Notes under the pieces: generated by a model
The model's input: the letters and a program-made list of their open reading frames with translations, nothing else
Told to the model about the DNA's origin: nothing
The model's database searches: none
Part shown: piece after piece, positions 1 through 13,022 of the stretch
How positions within the stretch are numbered: the first letter of the stretch is position 1
Layout: every line of letters starts with the position of its first letter
Program-made: the position numbers and the translations under genes
Assembly: GCA_964016885.1 (NCBI GenBank)
Contig: OZ024740.1
Location: 331,080,001 to 331,144,000, forward strand
Direction: 5' to 3'
From: Eledone cirrhosa
Lineage: Eukaryota
DNA: 64,000 nucleotides

Positions 1-348
1 CGAATTACTCTTTGTGGAGCTCATATCCTACGCAGCTCTGAACACATTCGATGACTTCGAGGAAAAGGAGAGAAAGAGATTAGAGATATAAAGTGAGAAA
101 TAGATATAGAAAAGCAATCCACATCAGTACTGGAGGCGTATATTTATATCGAACTTAAAGAGTTGAATATCAAAGTTGGTTCATCGAGATTTGAACTCAG
201 GGATAGAAAACTACAAAGTAATCTAACTAGAACACTACCGTTTCTGGCATTTGACTGCCCCGCTCCCACGCCTCCCTTTTTCTCTCTCTCTCTATATATA
301 CACACACACACACACATATATATATATACACACCCACACACACACACA

Positions 349-1405
349 CAGAGGAGCCAGAACCAAATGGGAAAACAATGGTAAATAATGATACAAATGG
401 GACCTGCCCCTTGTATAGGAGCAAATTTTGGAATAGAATAGAAAGAACTAGGAATAAGGTTAATAGAATAAACTCATGGTATGATAGCAATAAATACCAG
501 AGTGTAATGTTCATCGATACAAACCCAAGAGGTGAATTAGCTTACAAATTTAGAAGGGCCCTAGATAAACTTAAACTTAATATTAAGATAGTAGAAAGAC
601 CAGGTACCTCCATAAAAACACTTATTAGTAATACATACCCTTTTCAATGACCTCCCTGTGTAGATAAGAAATGCATAATCTGTAAACTAAGCCCCCATAT
701 TAACTGTAAAACTAGAAACATAGTATATAGCATAAGATGTACTGAAGGACAATGTACAGAAAAGAATATAATGTACATAGGTGAGACAGCCCGTAGTATA
801 GGATAACGGTTAAATGAACACGGCAATGGCGTCAAGATAGAAAAGAATCATGAATACTCCACCAACATGCTAAAATAGAACATAAGGGCAAATTAGAGAA
901 CATAGAAATAAAAATAGAATCTACACACAGAAAAGACGCAATGTTAAGACAAATCACAGAGGCAATAAACATAAATTAACTCCAACCAAAATTAAATAGA
1001 AAACATGAATAGAATAGCAACATCACAACTTACAATTAAGGACAAAATTAAAACACACACACATAGAACAACCAGTAACATGTAAATAAACAAATAAACA
1101 AATAAACACGCACACAGACACCCGGATGTAACACATGCGCAAACTAAGCACACAACACACACAAAAACAAGATGGCGTAGCACAGAACAAAGGAGAGGCA
1201 CAAAACAAAAAAAAGAATCCCCAGTCACTGAAGAGGTGACTGAAAGTGTGACGAAAGAATTTGACAATATATGAACAACCGTCCGGAATTTATTTTTTTT
1301 AAAATGTTTATTTTTTAAAGATTTTTTAATTTATAATAAATTGGAGTGAAATCTGGGGTGCGAGTGTTTCTTATTGGCAACATGACCCTCCCAAAGTAAC
1401 ACACT
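349..1405 (+). mobile_element. 5'-truncated Penelope-like element (RT C-terminus, Cys linker, GIY-YIG, 3' UTR); same family as 31712-33740
   Basis: ORF 378-650 is nearly identical to the C-terminal half of ORF 32486-32998. It is followed by a frameshifted KCIICK..NCK..IVYSIRC..MYIGETARS GIY-YIG. It starts in (CA)n and ends at (TA)n. Confidence 0.9.
1224..1265 (+). ncRNA. Minimal type I hammerhead ribozyme in PLE 3' UTR
   Basis: gtca-CTGAAGA-stem II-GAAA-gaa-TT-tgac; stem I gtca/tgac; stem III is vestigial. Confidence 0.6.
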
Positions 1406-1498
1406 ATATATATATATATATATATAAGTAGAACTGATAATTCATGAGTACTACTCAACACAGGTATATATGTATATGTAAATATATATATATATATA

Positions 1499-1760
1499 TT
1501 TCGTTATTCAATTTCTCTTACAAGATTTCTTATCTAAAAGAGTGTGTTGAAACATATACATATAAAGATATGCTTTGGGAGTGTCATGGTGCCAATAAAA
1601 GCACACGTCCCTGTTGATTGTCACTTGAATTTATTATAAAGTTTCGTTTGGTCGGTAGTTTTGATAACCAAATGTTTTTTCTTTATTGTCAATGCTCTTT
1701 GGTCACACACTCATTGAACTCCCCACTACTGGGATTTCACTTTGTGTCTATCCTTTGTTC
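1499..1760 (-). mobile_element. Diverged inverted pseudo-LTR/3' end of the same PLE family
   Basis: The reverse complement matches about 1215-1400 (ttattggca.catgac.ctcccaaag) and the terminal tail seen at 33738-33815. Confidence 0.75.
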
Positions 1761-2210
1761 TGAAACCGGTACAATTAAATGTAGATATCCCTACTTTGTA
1801 AATATATGTTTTGATGTTATACTGTAAAAATCCCTCTAGCATGTTCTACTGCTTCTTTTTTCCGTTTTACTATTTGGCAACATGTAAAACAATATAAGAA
1901 TTATACATACAAAAGACGGACACACAATTACAGAGTCATCGGTCGTTGAGATGGTTTTTCGCCGTTTCGACCACTACCAATGGTACTGCTGGACCAATAT
2001 ATATATATATATATATAGATAGATAATTTAATATATCAACTAACATAGGCGCACAGATGCACGTCCATGCCAGCAAATACACAGGTTATGTCATAGTACC
2101 TAGGTGGTTTAATGCAGGAGGGTGCAGAACAATAATATAAAAGACGTAAAATAAGAAAATATTTTTTTAAAAATTTTTAAAAATGTGTTTACTTACTTAC
2201 TTAAATTTTC

Positions 2211-2292
2211 ACTCCAACTAATTAGTTTCTGCAATGGGATAAAGACAGTTACGTAATCCAACTGTCGAGAATTCATTGCGTCATCAGGGAGT
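2211..2292 (-). ncRNA. Type I hammerhead ribozyme, intact core, extended stem II
   Basis: Reverse complement: actcc-CTGATGA-c gcaatg..gacagtt/aactgtc..cattgc a-GAAA-ctaattag-TT-ggagt; palindromic stem III, GUU site. Confidence 0.85.
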
Positions 2293-2765
2293 CTATTCTC
2301 AGCTGAGTCTCCAGGCAATGCGCGGACACTGGCGGCTCATATAAAAATAATAATAATTCGGTAGAAAGAACAGCTGGCGAGGACTGGATTCCATGTACTG
2401 AAATTCTCACTGCTTCTAGTCAAATGGCCGATTCTAAAGAATCAATCACGTGACACAGAGGCTAGTTAGAAGGAATGGGATGGTAAGATGACTGACGCCT
2501 ACTAACACCCCAAAAAAAATTTAGAAGTGGTTTTGGCAGGTTTGCTCGACAAATCAGTGATTTGGAGATAAATATAGATAATTTAATATATCAACTAACA
2601 TAGGCGCACAGATGCACGTCCATGCCAGCAAATACACAGGTTATGTCATAGTACCTAGGTGGTTCAATGCAGGAGGGTGCAGAACAATAATATAAAAGAC
2701 GTAAAATAAGAAAATATTTTTTTAAAAATGTTTAAAAATTTGTTTACATACTTACTTAAATTTTC

Positions 2766-2847
2766 ACTCCAACTAATTAGTTTCTGCAATGGGATAAAGA
2801 CAGTTACGTAATCCAACTGTCGAGAATTCATTGCATTATCAGGGAGT
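2766..2847 (-). ncRNA. Hammerhead copy with G8>A core mutation
   Basis: Same as 2211-2292 but the core reads CTGATAA. Confidence 0.7.
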
Positions 2848-3518
2848 CTATTCTCAGTTAAGTCTCCAGGCAATGCGCGGACACTGGCGGCTCATATAAA
2901 AATAATAATAATTCGGTAGAAAGAACAGCTGGCGAGGACTGGATTCCATGTACTCAAATTCTCCCTGCTTCTAGTCAAATGGCCGATTCTAAAGAATCAA
3001 TCACGTAACTGTCTTTATCCCATTGCAGAAACTAATTAGTTGGAGTGAAAATTTAAGTAAGTAAGTAAAACATTTTTTAAACATTTTTTAAAAAATATTT
3101 TCTTATTTTATGTCTTTTATATTATTGTTCTGCACCCTCCTGCATTGAACCACCTAGGTACTATGACATAACCTGTGTGTTTGCTGGCATGGACGTGCAT
3201 CTGTGCGCCTATGTTAGTTGATATATTAAATTATCTATATTTATCTCCAAATCACTGATTTGTCGAGCAAACCTGCCAAAACCACTTGTAAATTTTTTTG
3301 GGGTGTTAGTAGGCGTCAGTCATCTTACCATCCCATTCCTTCTAACTAGCCTCTGTGTCACGTGATTGATTCTTTAGAATCGGCCATTTGACTAGAAGCA
3401 GTGAGAATTTCAGTACATGGAATCCAGTCCTCGCCAGCTGTTCTTTCTACCGAATTATTATTATTTTTATATGAGCCGCCAGTGTCCGCGCATTGCCTGG
3501 AGACTCAGCTGAGAATAT

Positions 3519-3600
3519 ACTCCCTGATGACGCAATGAATTCTCGACAGTTGGATTACGTAACTGTCTTTATCCCATTGCAGAAACTAATTAGTTTGAGT
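3519..3600 (+). ncRNA. Hammerhead copy in the inverted arm
   Basis: CTGATGA at 3524, GAAA at 3582, GUU site; the first stem I pair is mismatched. Confidence 0.8.
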
Positions 3601-3666
3601 GAAAATTTAAGTAAGTAAGTAAAAAATATTAAAAAAATTTTTAAAAAAATATTTTCTTATTTTACG

Positions 3667-3699
<33 letters not shown>

Positions 3700-3702
<3 letters not shown>

Positions 3703-4618
3703 CCCCAGCTTACATAGGTAGACGTACCTCTTTTCTTTTCCTCTATGTTTTCTTCTTCCCCCCGTCTCATCCTATCACTTCCTTCCACACCCGATCTTCT
3801 TCCTCGTCTGTTTTTTTCATTTTAGCCTACCCCGATGCAGCCTATCGCTCCTCTGTAGGCCCAGTACTCCCACCCCTATAATTTTAAGATGTGTATCTTT
3901 TTTGTTACTACTCCAATTCTACAATTTCAACATTTCTTATTTAGTATTTTCTATTCTGAACTTATTAACCTGTAATTTTAAGATAGCATTGCCAGATTAC
4001 GCTTTACTAACTATTTATAGCAGCTGTGTTAGACGCCCTAAAAAGTTTGCATTATATTTTTCACTACCCATTTCTACAATTTCTTATTTAGTATTTTCCA
4101 TTCTCAACTTATTAAACTTTTCTGTAGCTTTGCCGTACAAGCAACACCTAATAATTATAGCAGCTGTTTCTAGACTCTACTGCTTTTGCTTTTTATTCAT
4201 TTCTCACTTTCTAATTTTTTATACATTTTTTTATATTCACTGTACCCTACTCTCATTTGACTTACCTATTCTTTAAACTCCCCTCCTCCTTTTTCTCCGG
4301 AACAATTTTTCGACTTTTCATACACTCTCCTTAGAATGTGGTGTATAGATTTCACTTTCAATACCTGACTAGCTTTACTCACTCCATCATTGTGCTACAG
4401 CCAAGTTCAGCCACCCCTAACTCCCACCAAATGCCATGATAGAATTATTTGTGTTTACAACACATTTTGACCAATTCTCTTGACAACTACAATCTTCCCA
4501 TAGAAGGAAGTACCCCTTGACAAGTTCGGGTATTTATTTACCAGGCTAAAAATTGTAATTTAGTCCAGAAATAGCCGTCAAAACGGCTTGAGCTCTGCCG
4601 TCGTGGTCATACCTTTTC

Positions 4619-4620
<2 letters not shown>
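3700..4620 (+). mobile_element. Solo 3' UTR/pseudo-LTR of a Naiad family (related to 18740-19500 minus and 20560-21119 plus)
   Basis: Shared blocks such as acactcc.ttagaat.tggtgta.aga.ttcac, ttgaccaat.cttg.gacaactacaatct and gttcgg.tattta; flanked by (TA)n. Confidence 0.75.
4512..4607 (+). ncRNA. Variant hammerhead (U3-A8 core), decayed
   Basis: acccc-TTGACAA-g ttcgggtattt..aaatagccg tc-AAAA-cggc..gccg-TC-gtggt; G12>A is consistent with CpG decay. Confidence 0.6.
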
Positions 4621-4692
<72 letters not shown>

Positions 4693-4695
<3 letters not shown>

Positions 4696-6190
4696 AAATT
4701 AAGATAAATTAAATGAATTTAATCTAAATCAAAATTATGGGTGTCATGCCAGAAAGACATGCGCCATAACACCCGGAAAATAAGCTCTAAGATTCTAACG
4801 AGTAGGTCCGAGCATTTTATAATAAGTAGAAATTGATTAACATATAAATAAACATGAAGAATCACAGGAGATAATTTTTACAAGTGTGTAACCACACATA
4901 GCTAGGTAGGTAACTAAATAAAGTTGACCAGAACTTATTTTTGAAGTTCTAGTCAACTTTATTTAGTTACCTACCTAGCTATGAGTGGTTACACACTTGT
5001 AAAAATTATCTCCTGTGATTATTCATGTTTATTTATATGTTAATCAATTTCTAGTTATTATAAAATACTCGGACTTACTCGTTAGAATCTTAGAGCTTAT
5101 TTTCCTGGTGATATGGTGCATATCTTTCTGGCATGACACCCATAATTTTGATTTAGATTATATTCATTTAATTTATCTTAATTTTGGATATAGATATATA
5201 AATACGGCTCCTTAATTGTAGAGCTAACTCTGTTGAAAGGAGTCGACTGCTGTTTCTAGTTGGCGATAAACCTATTCACGCCACTGGGACGAAGCTACTA
5301 TGATGTGTGTATTTATAGTCAATACAACACGGGGTGATGGCCAGTCGCAGGTTTGAAATTAAAGTGTAAACACGGATTGCTGGAATTTCTTCCTTGTTGA
5401 AAATCCAAGTCCCCACTTTCGTGGTTTACCATCCGATTAATTGGTTAAATATATTTCTTTAATGGAATATACACAGGGAAGATTAATCATATTAAAAGGT
5501 ATCTATTTTTGAAGTTCTGGTCAACTTTATTTAGTTACCTACCTAGCTATGTGTGGTTACACACTTGTAAAAATTATCTCCTGTGATTATTCATGTTTAT
5601 TTATATGTTAATCAATTTCTAGTTATTATAAAATGCTCGGACCTACTCATTAGAATCGAAGAACTTATTTTCCGGGTGATATGGCGCATGTCTTTCTGGC
5701 ATGACACCTATAATTTTGATTTAGATTAAATTCATTTAATTTATCTTAATTTTGGATATAGATATATAAATACGGCTCCTTAATTGTAGAGCTATCTCTG
5801 TTGAAAGGACTCGACTGCTGTTTCTAGTTGTCGATAACCCTATTCACGCCACTGGGACGAAGCTACTATGATGTGTGTATTTCTAGTAAATACAACACGT
5901 GGTGATGGTCAGTCGCAGGTTTTGAACTTGAAGTGTAAACACGGATTGCTGGAACTCTTCCTTGTTGAAAATCCAAGTCCCCACTTTCGTGGTTTACCAT
6001 CCGATTAATTGGTGAAATATATTTCTTTAATGGAATATATACAGGGAGGATTAATCATATTATAAGGTATCTATTTTTGAAGTTTTGGTCAACTTTATTT
6101 AGTTACCTACCTAGCTATGTGTGGTTACACACTATAAAAATTATCTCCTGTGATTATTCATATTTATTTATATGTTAATCAATTTCTAGT

Positions 6191-6193
<3 letters not shown>
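4693..6193. repeat. Non-coding 568-bp tandem unit (about 2.2 copies) with a 5' inverted segment, flanked by (TA)n
   Basis: gaagtt.tggtcaac recurs at 4943, 5511 and 6079; 4693-4937 is the reverse complement of the first ~250 bp of the unit. Confidence 0.9.
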
Positions 6194-6242
<49 letters not shown>

Positions 6243-6562
6243 CTGTGTGTGTGTGTACGTGCAAGTATGTATGTGTGTATGTGCGTGTATATATGTATAT
6301 ATGTATATATGTATATATATATATATATGTGTATGTATATATATATATATATTTGGGTGTGTATATTTATGTATGTGTATGTATATATATATATTTATAT
6401 ATATATATACATACATACACATCTCCGTGGTATTTTCTTCGGGGTTATAAGAGGCTTAGCTCTGTTTCTCGACCGTTATATCGCGTGACTATCTCCCCCT
6501 CCGCCTTTTGGGATTCTTTCTCACGTCGTGTAGACGCGTTCTTGAAGCTAGTAAAATGAGGT

Positions 6563-6653
6563 ATCCTCCTGATAAGTCGGCAGACCTCGCAAGGACTCTA
6601 TATCTTTATGATGTATTGTTTTTGTTTATGCCACGAAACTACGTAGTCAAGGA
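6563..6653 (+). ncRNA. Degenerate hammerhead
   Basis: tcctc-CTGATAA-gt.ggca..tgccac-GAAA-ctacgtag-TC-aagga; palindromic stem III, G8>A. Confidence 0.55.
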
Positions 6654-6716
6654 ATCTAGGAGCAGTTTAGGTATGTTACATTTTATTACTAATTATATCT
6701 AAATGTTTCTTCTCTC

Positions 6717-6798
<82 letters not shown>

Positions 6799-7263
6799 AA
6801 TATATATATATATACAGTTTGTATATATGTATGTGTGTATGTACCTTTATGTATGTTTGTTGTCTGTGTGGCTGCCTGTGTGTGCGTGTGTGTATGTGTG
6901 CGTACGTGTGTAAGTGGGCGCGTGTATGAATGTGCTTGTCAACACCTGGAATATATATTAAGTGAAACTTCACAATAAGGGGGTTTACCCCAGCACTTGA
7001 ATCTGTTGAAAGAACCCTTTCTGTCTTTGTCACCCTTATTTCAGCCGTAAATAATTAGCTTCTAAAAAATATCCCCTCTCTTTAAACCATTGAAACCCAC
7101 CCATCCTATAAACCTCTGCCTTGCCGGCATTGTTAGTCTAAGTGATAAACAAGGATTAGTATTCCAACTTTCAATTTGTTTACAGTAATTTTTCTGCCTT
7201 TGTTAATATTATAGCTTTAAAGAATTAGCTTTTAATGAATTCCCTTTTCGTTAAATACTTCAA

Positions 7264-7328
7264 CCAATGACCTCCACCCATCCCAACGTCCACACACTCC
7301 TACCACCAGAAAAGGAAAGATATAAATA
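7264..7328 (+). promoter_or_regulatory. Candidate Pol II promoter (CCAAT + TATAAATA) upstream of the HHR
   Basis: CCAAT at 7264 and TATAAATA at 7321; both conserved in the diverged copy (29708, 29762). Confidence 0.5.
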
Positions 7329-7350
7329 CTACCACTTATTTGGACAGCCA

Positions 7351-7399
7351 GCTTCCTGATGATTTGTCACAAATGAAACAGTTCTAGTCCTGTAGAAGC
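7351..7399 (+). ncRNA. Type I hammerhead ribozyme
   Basis: gcttc-CTGATGA-tttgtcacaaat-GAAA-cag ttctagtc ctg-TA-gaagc; perfect stems I and III, GUA site. Confidence 0.85.
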
Positions 7400-7401
7400 T
7401 C

Positions 7402-7489
<88 letters not shown>

Positions 7490-9001
7490 GTAGAACACTG
7501 GCAGGTAATATCCGTAGTGGTAGAGCACTCAGTCCATGGGACGAGTCAGGTAGAAGTGGTTACACAACAGTTAGTTCACCATACCGAGAACAATTGTTTC
7601 ACCTTAGCGGAGCCTCAGCTCGTAATGGACATTACATACCAATGTAAACAAAGACATCTAGAAACTGAAGAATCGATAATCCATGCACCTACAATCGACT
7701 TTATTGAGTAGTAACAAGCTGTTTAAGGAAGCGTTAAACCACGGAACTTTCTAAGCCGTCTCTCCACCCTTCAGACAAAACAAGAATCGACTTTTACCAA
7801 TTAATGTTATTTAATTTGTGCAATTAAATAATCTTCAGCAACTAATATTCAATTATGTAATTGGCATAGACATCACAAAAAACCATTACAACCATTCTCA
7901 AATACTACAGAGCAAAACCCCGTACAAATATGCCCCGGTATATAGACACATAGCAACGCTTAAATACCCAGGCAAACACAACCCAACTGAGATCTTGCAA
8001 TAGCCCGGAAATCTAATCGAAACTCTAACCCATTTAAAAAACCGATACCAGGAGGCTGGAAGGAAATGATTCCATATACCCAGCCAATAATTAGTCAAGT
8101 ATATACGACTATAATCTAAAATTAAAAAGTACAAATGTACCTGAATATGAAGATAATAAATAAAAAAATAAACATGATATCAAACTGTAAAACATTACTT
8201 AATATAGCACATATCCAACAAGGTAAAATGGCTGTAATTTTTAAATGATCGGACGAAACAATTGTGTATAAACAGAACTGATAATAGAATAAACTAACTG
8301 AAAAACAAAACTTGACTCTACTTGATTCTGTACATTGCCTAAAAAAACAATCAAAGGCTTAAAATACATAATCCAGTCTGAAGAAGAAGCCCCATAAGTG
8401 GGGGTGGCTGGTGTAGCCTGTGTCTCTGGTCATTATCCGCAGATTAACTTCTCGTACTCTTTCTTTCTTTGCCTAACAGTCCTTGCTCTTTCACTCCTTT
8501 CTCTTCCAATTATGGCATTTATAGTTCATTCCAAATCCTCTTTGAACAATATTTCATATCTGTTAAATGCATTAAATGTATTAATGTAATGAAAATATTT
8601 TAGATGTATTCTCAAGAAAAAAATACGTGTTCGTATCACCCAGCGAAAAATCCACCGCATTGTTATTTAAATAGTGTTGAGATAACCAGTTGCACAACTA
8701 GTCTTAGGTCTTTGAAGTGTGGTTGACTACCGTAATCAACATATTCCTGTCAAACATCTATCTAATATTGTGCGTTATAAGGCTCTTAACTACTTCTACA
8801 GAAATCCTTACCTGATTATTAATTTAACTCTATCTACATATCTGCCAAGTAAACACGCCATTACCCATTATCATGACGATATAGCTAGAGGCAAAGAATA
8901 TCCAAGCTAGTCAAAACTAAAGTCATTATTCGTATTGTAAACCCTTACTTGGAGATGCATACACACACACACACACACACACAGACATACACACAAACAC
9001 A

Positions 9002-9066
<65 letters not shown>

Positions 9067-9084
9067 ACACACACACACACACAT

Positions 9085-9125
<41 letters not shown>

Positions 9126-9922
9126 GGTACATTATGATCTACATAAATATTACTGATGTATAAATACCAAATACAAATATTACTGATGTATATATATTAC
9201 TGATGTATAAATATTAGTTACGTATAATTTCTAATGGTTTTCATATTTTAATATTATGCATATGTCATCGCCTTATATACGATATAACACCACACATTAA
9301 AAATTATATTATGATTCCTATGCTTTTTAATATAACTTCTCTGGGAAAATGAAGAATTTGTATTCTACAACAAATACTAATCTAAACGTTAATGGAATTT
9401 GACATCGTTTTGTGTAAATGTGCAGACGTTCTAGAAGAAATATATATTCTGTTTAAAAATTTCATATATTAAGCCAAATATTCCTTTAGGAACAATATAG
9501 CTAGGTATATTGAAAATAATGAAGCTTCTAATCTCGTTACTTGTGAAGATCTCATTCATTATATTCATGTTTGCTCTAGTTGTCTTTTTTGCGGGAGTGG
9601 GGGGGGGGGGGCACAATAAAGACTTTCTTCTTATTGCGTGTTAGTCACCAAGGTATCTTAAAGGCGACTTCAGAAGATTAGAACATTAAATATAATGAGC
9701 AGGGGAATATATGAATTATTTGATGAAATATAAGATCTTTATATGTTCTTAGAAACCATGGATTATTTCTGGAATATCTTAGAAAAATATCTGTATTCGA
9801 AAGAGCGGGAAGAAAAAATGCGATATGAAATAATTTTAGAATTTTAGCAACATAAAGTTCATTTATGATAACAACGATGTATCTCGGGAATTATATGAAC
9901 ACACACACACATATATGTAATT

Positions 9923-9999
<77 letters not shown>

Positions 10000-10147
10000 T
10001 ATATAAATATATAAATATATATATACATATGTATATATATATATAATTATGTATATACATATATATATATATATATGTATGTATGTAAATATATTTATAT
10101 ATATGTATGTATGTAAATATATATATATATATATATACACACGCAGG

Positions 10148-10181
<34 letters not shown>

Positions 10182-10329
10182 ATTATATATATATAAATAT
10201 ATGTGTGTGCGCGTGTGTATATATATATATATATTTGCATACCTACATGTATATAATCATGTGTGTGTTTATATACGATATATGTGTGTGTGTATGCATG
10301 TATATGAACTGGAAAAGTCAAAGAAATAC

Positions 10330-11400
10330 AACGCATAAACAAACGTGGGAGACAAATATACTACACAGTGCAGAATCAAACTGATTTTTAACAGAGACAG
10401 ATAGAGGCCTAGACGTAACGTTGGAGATATTGAGAGAACAGTTGACAACAAACTCGCACGGTGAAGAAGGAATCCTATTAGAGCAAATAGTAAACTTCAG
10501 AGCCAATAACTTGCTCTCTTTCATCCTACAAATCCTTAAAAGCTACAATACAGAATCATTTATACAACTATCGGGAAATATTCATGTTTTGAAAAAGTAC
10601 AAAAGAAAAGCTGAATTATCCTATAGGATCATAACTGTTTTTATTTTTGGCACAAGGCCATAATGATCAATTACTAATCAGAAAAGACCTAAAAATAAAA
10701 GAACGAAGGTTTAAGCATACATTTGTACGCCTCACCGAAGTTGCTTTAGTGTACTCCCCACGGATTGCTCCTTGGAATATGAGCCTCTAATGAGTTTGCC
10801 TCAATAAAATGAAGTAAAACTAATGTCACGACTATAGGTAGATACTTGTACAAAAATGAAACATATTACAGCTGAAGAAATCTCAGTTATACGAGAAATA
10901 ATCTAAAACGAATTATTTTCTCCCCTTCACTCTTGTTTGTCTGACAATGGCATTTAACCAACGTATTAAACAAAGTTTCAATTGGATATATACACACGGG
11001 GAAGATAATCAAATATCATTTGTATTTGCATAATCTAGTTTGTACGATGCCGACAACAAACACAAAGAAACACTGCCGGAGACAAGTACTAGGATTTACC
11101 ATATAAAAGGCTAATATATATAGATTGGTTTACCAAATCAAACTTGAAGAGAAGGATTTTAATTATAAAAACTAACTTCATGCTACATAGAGAAAATGAG
11201 ATCAGATACTTAGACCAAATTCAGACCTACACATACTGACAAATCAATAATCTCGGCAGCGTATATCACACACATATAAAAATAAATAAGAAAAGATTTG
11301 GAAGTAATGTTATAGATGCACCATTTTAATATCTTAAACTGAGCTAAATACGAAAGAAAGCTAATATACATCAATATTCCATCTCCTCGTATAATAATTT
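10330..11400 (+). pseudogene. Possible highly decayed PLE RT/endonuclease remnant
   Basis: Only fragmentary motifs across frameshifts (EDNQISF, LG.PY.KG, YKTN, SVY). Confidence 0.3.
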
Positions 11401-12399
11401 ATCGTTACAATATTCCTAATTGGACGATAAACGAACCCTCCAAACAAGAGACGAATCCAAGTATAATCATTATATTTAGAGTACATGAACAAAATTCCGA
11501 TAGAGAATATTTATAATTACCTCTCGTACAGGGAGCTAGAGCCATTATGCAATTAGACGATGGCTCTAGTATATATAGGATTTTCGGTAATGTCAATAGA
11601 GAATAATGAAAATCAATTCGAAATAAATACGAAGCACTAAGAGAAAAGTATATCTTTCTTCAAGATAACAGGCCGTAGGTGGCGAATAGCGATGTAGCCA
11701 CCAGATATGATAGTTAGTTGCGATAAAAGCGGTATCCTGCCGGAGGAATAAGCAGGATATCACTAACAGCGGTGACCTAATAGAAGAGATAGATAAATGT
11801 GAGACACTGTTAACTCCAAAGAAAATTCTAACAATCCGGTATAGTAGTTATTGCTAGGCGAGTAAAAGCCGCTTTAAAAAAGTCTATTCTTTGCGGGTTT
11901 AAGAAAAGTGAAAAATTGGTGACTGGTGCGAATGCGACCACCAAATCATATACAATTCGTAACAGTAAAGACATTCGTAGCACATCTTCCTTCGCGCGGG
12001 ATATCAAAGTACACGTTCAGGCCTTAGGATGAGAGGCCTCTTCGAAAAATATATTGCCATCTTCACCTGAAGCTGCAAGAAATGACGATGGGCCTTCGAC
12101 ATATCCTGCGAAGCACATGACGCAAGCACAAAAGTTACGTATCCCGAGACGTGAATGAGGGTCCGGAAAGGCACAAACAATGAAAATTCGGAACTGGAAA
12201 GTTATCACCGACAAGGATGAAATTTACCCCGCGAAAATAAAAGCCTTGGAGAAGATATTCTCTGGTTGCCGGGTGGCCTGGATATTTGGAAATGCCCCTA
12301 ATCAAGAGCAATCTATTTTCCAAACTGGAAATAAGTAATGTCTATGCTAAGTGCATGGAAAAGAGATGGTGAGCCATAGCTATCTGACGCACAGTGTGG

Positions 12400-12870
12400 T
12401 GTTCGGCCCGGATGTAGCACAAGCGTGGCAGATATTCGTGGTGTTTTCTTGTTTCGTAGACCTCGAAAAGGAACAAGACTGAGTCCTCGGAATCTGATAT
12501 GGAAGGTTATGCAGGAGTATGGGATCCATGGGCAGCTTCTTTTTGCCCTAACCTCCCAATACGAACATCCTCCCATATGTGTTCAGATAAATGGTGCTAA
12601 ATCAAAACCATTCAATGTATATGTTGATCTGCAGCAAGAGTGTATCCTATCACCTCTCATGTTTATAATCTTTATGGAACGGGTTTACCTGCTCAGCCGA
12701 GACAGAAATGGCATTGATGTTGGCAAGGTACAGCTTTACTCGGCAAAAGAGGATCTACAACATACACATCAATGGTTTGCTACCGAGTGCTGCTGGGTAA
12801 ACATGTAATATCAGTCAGTGATGAGAAGACCGAAACACACGTCCTCTCAACGAAGCCTGTGCAGTGCACT
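12400..12870 (+). pseudogene. RTE-type non-LTR retrotransposon RT fragment
   Basis: IWKVMQEYGIHGQLL..SKPFNVYVDLQQECILSPLMFIIFME resembles the RT GxxQGxxLSPLLF region. Confidence 0.8.
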
Positions 12871-12876
12871 CAACTT

Positions 12877-12908
12877 GAGAAGAAGAAGGAGAAGAAGAAG
12901 AAGAAGAA

Positions 12909-12939
<31 letters not shown>

Positions 12940-12960
12940 AAGAAGAAGAAGAAGAAGAAG

Positions 12961-13012
<52 letters not shown>

Positions 13013-13022
13013 ACAACAACAA
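12877..13022. repeat. (AAG)n(AAC)n compound microsatellite
   Basis: Directly visible. Confidence 0.95.

Larger units (their letters stand above)
2018..3672. repeat. Non-coding 555-bp HHR-bearing unit: about 1.8 direct copies plus an inverted copy, flanked by (TA)n
   Basis: The unit starts at 2022 and again at 2577. Orientation flips at about 3005 through an acgt microhomology. (TA)n lies at both ends. Confidence 0.9.
6930..7404 (+). mobile_element. PLE pseudo-LTR fragment (family of 29540-29860 and 21384-21555)
   Basis: Colinear with 29540-29860 (agaattagcttttaatgaattccctttt, caaccaatgacct, tataaata, HHR); ends in (TA)n. Confidence 0.8.
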
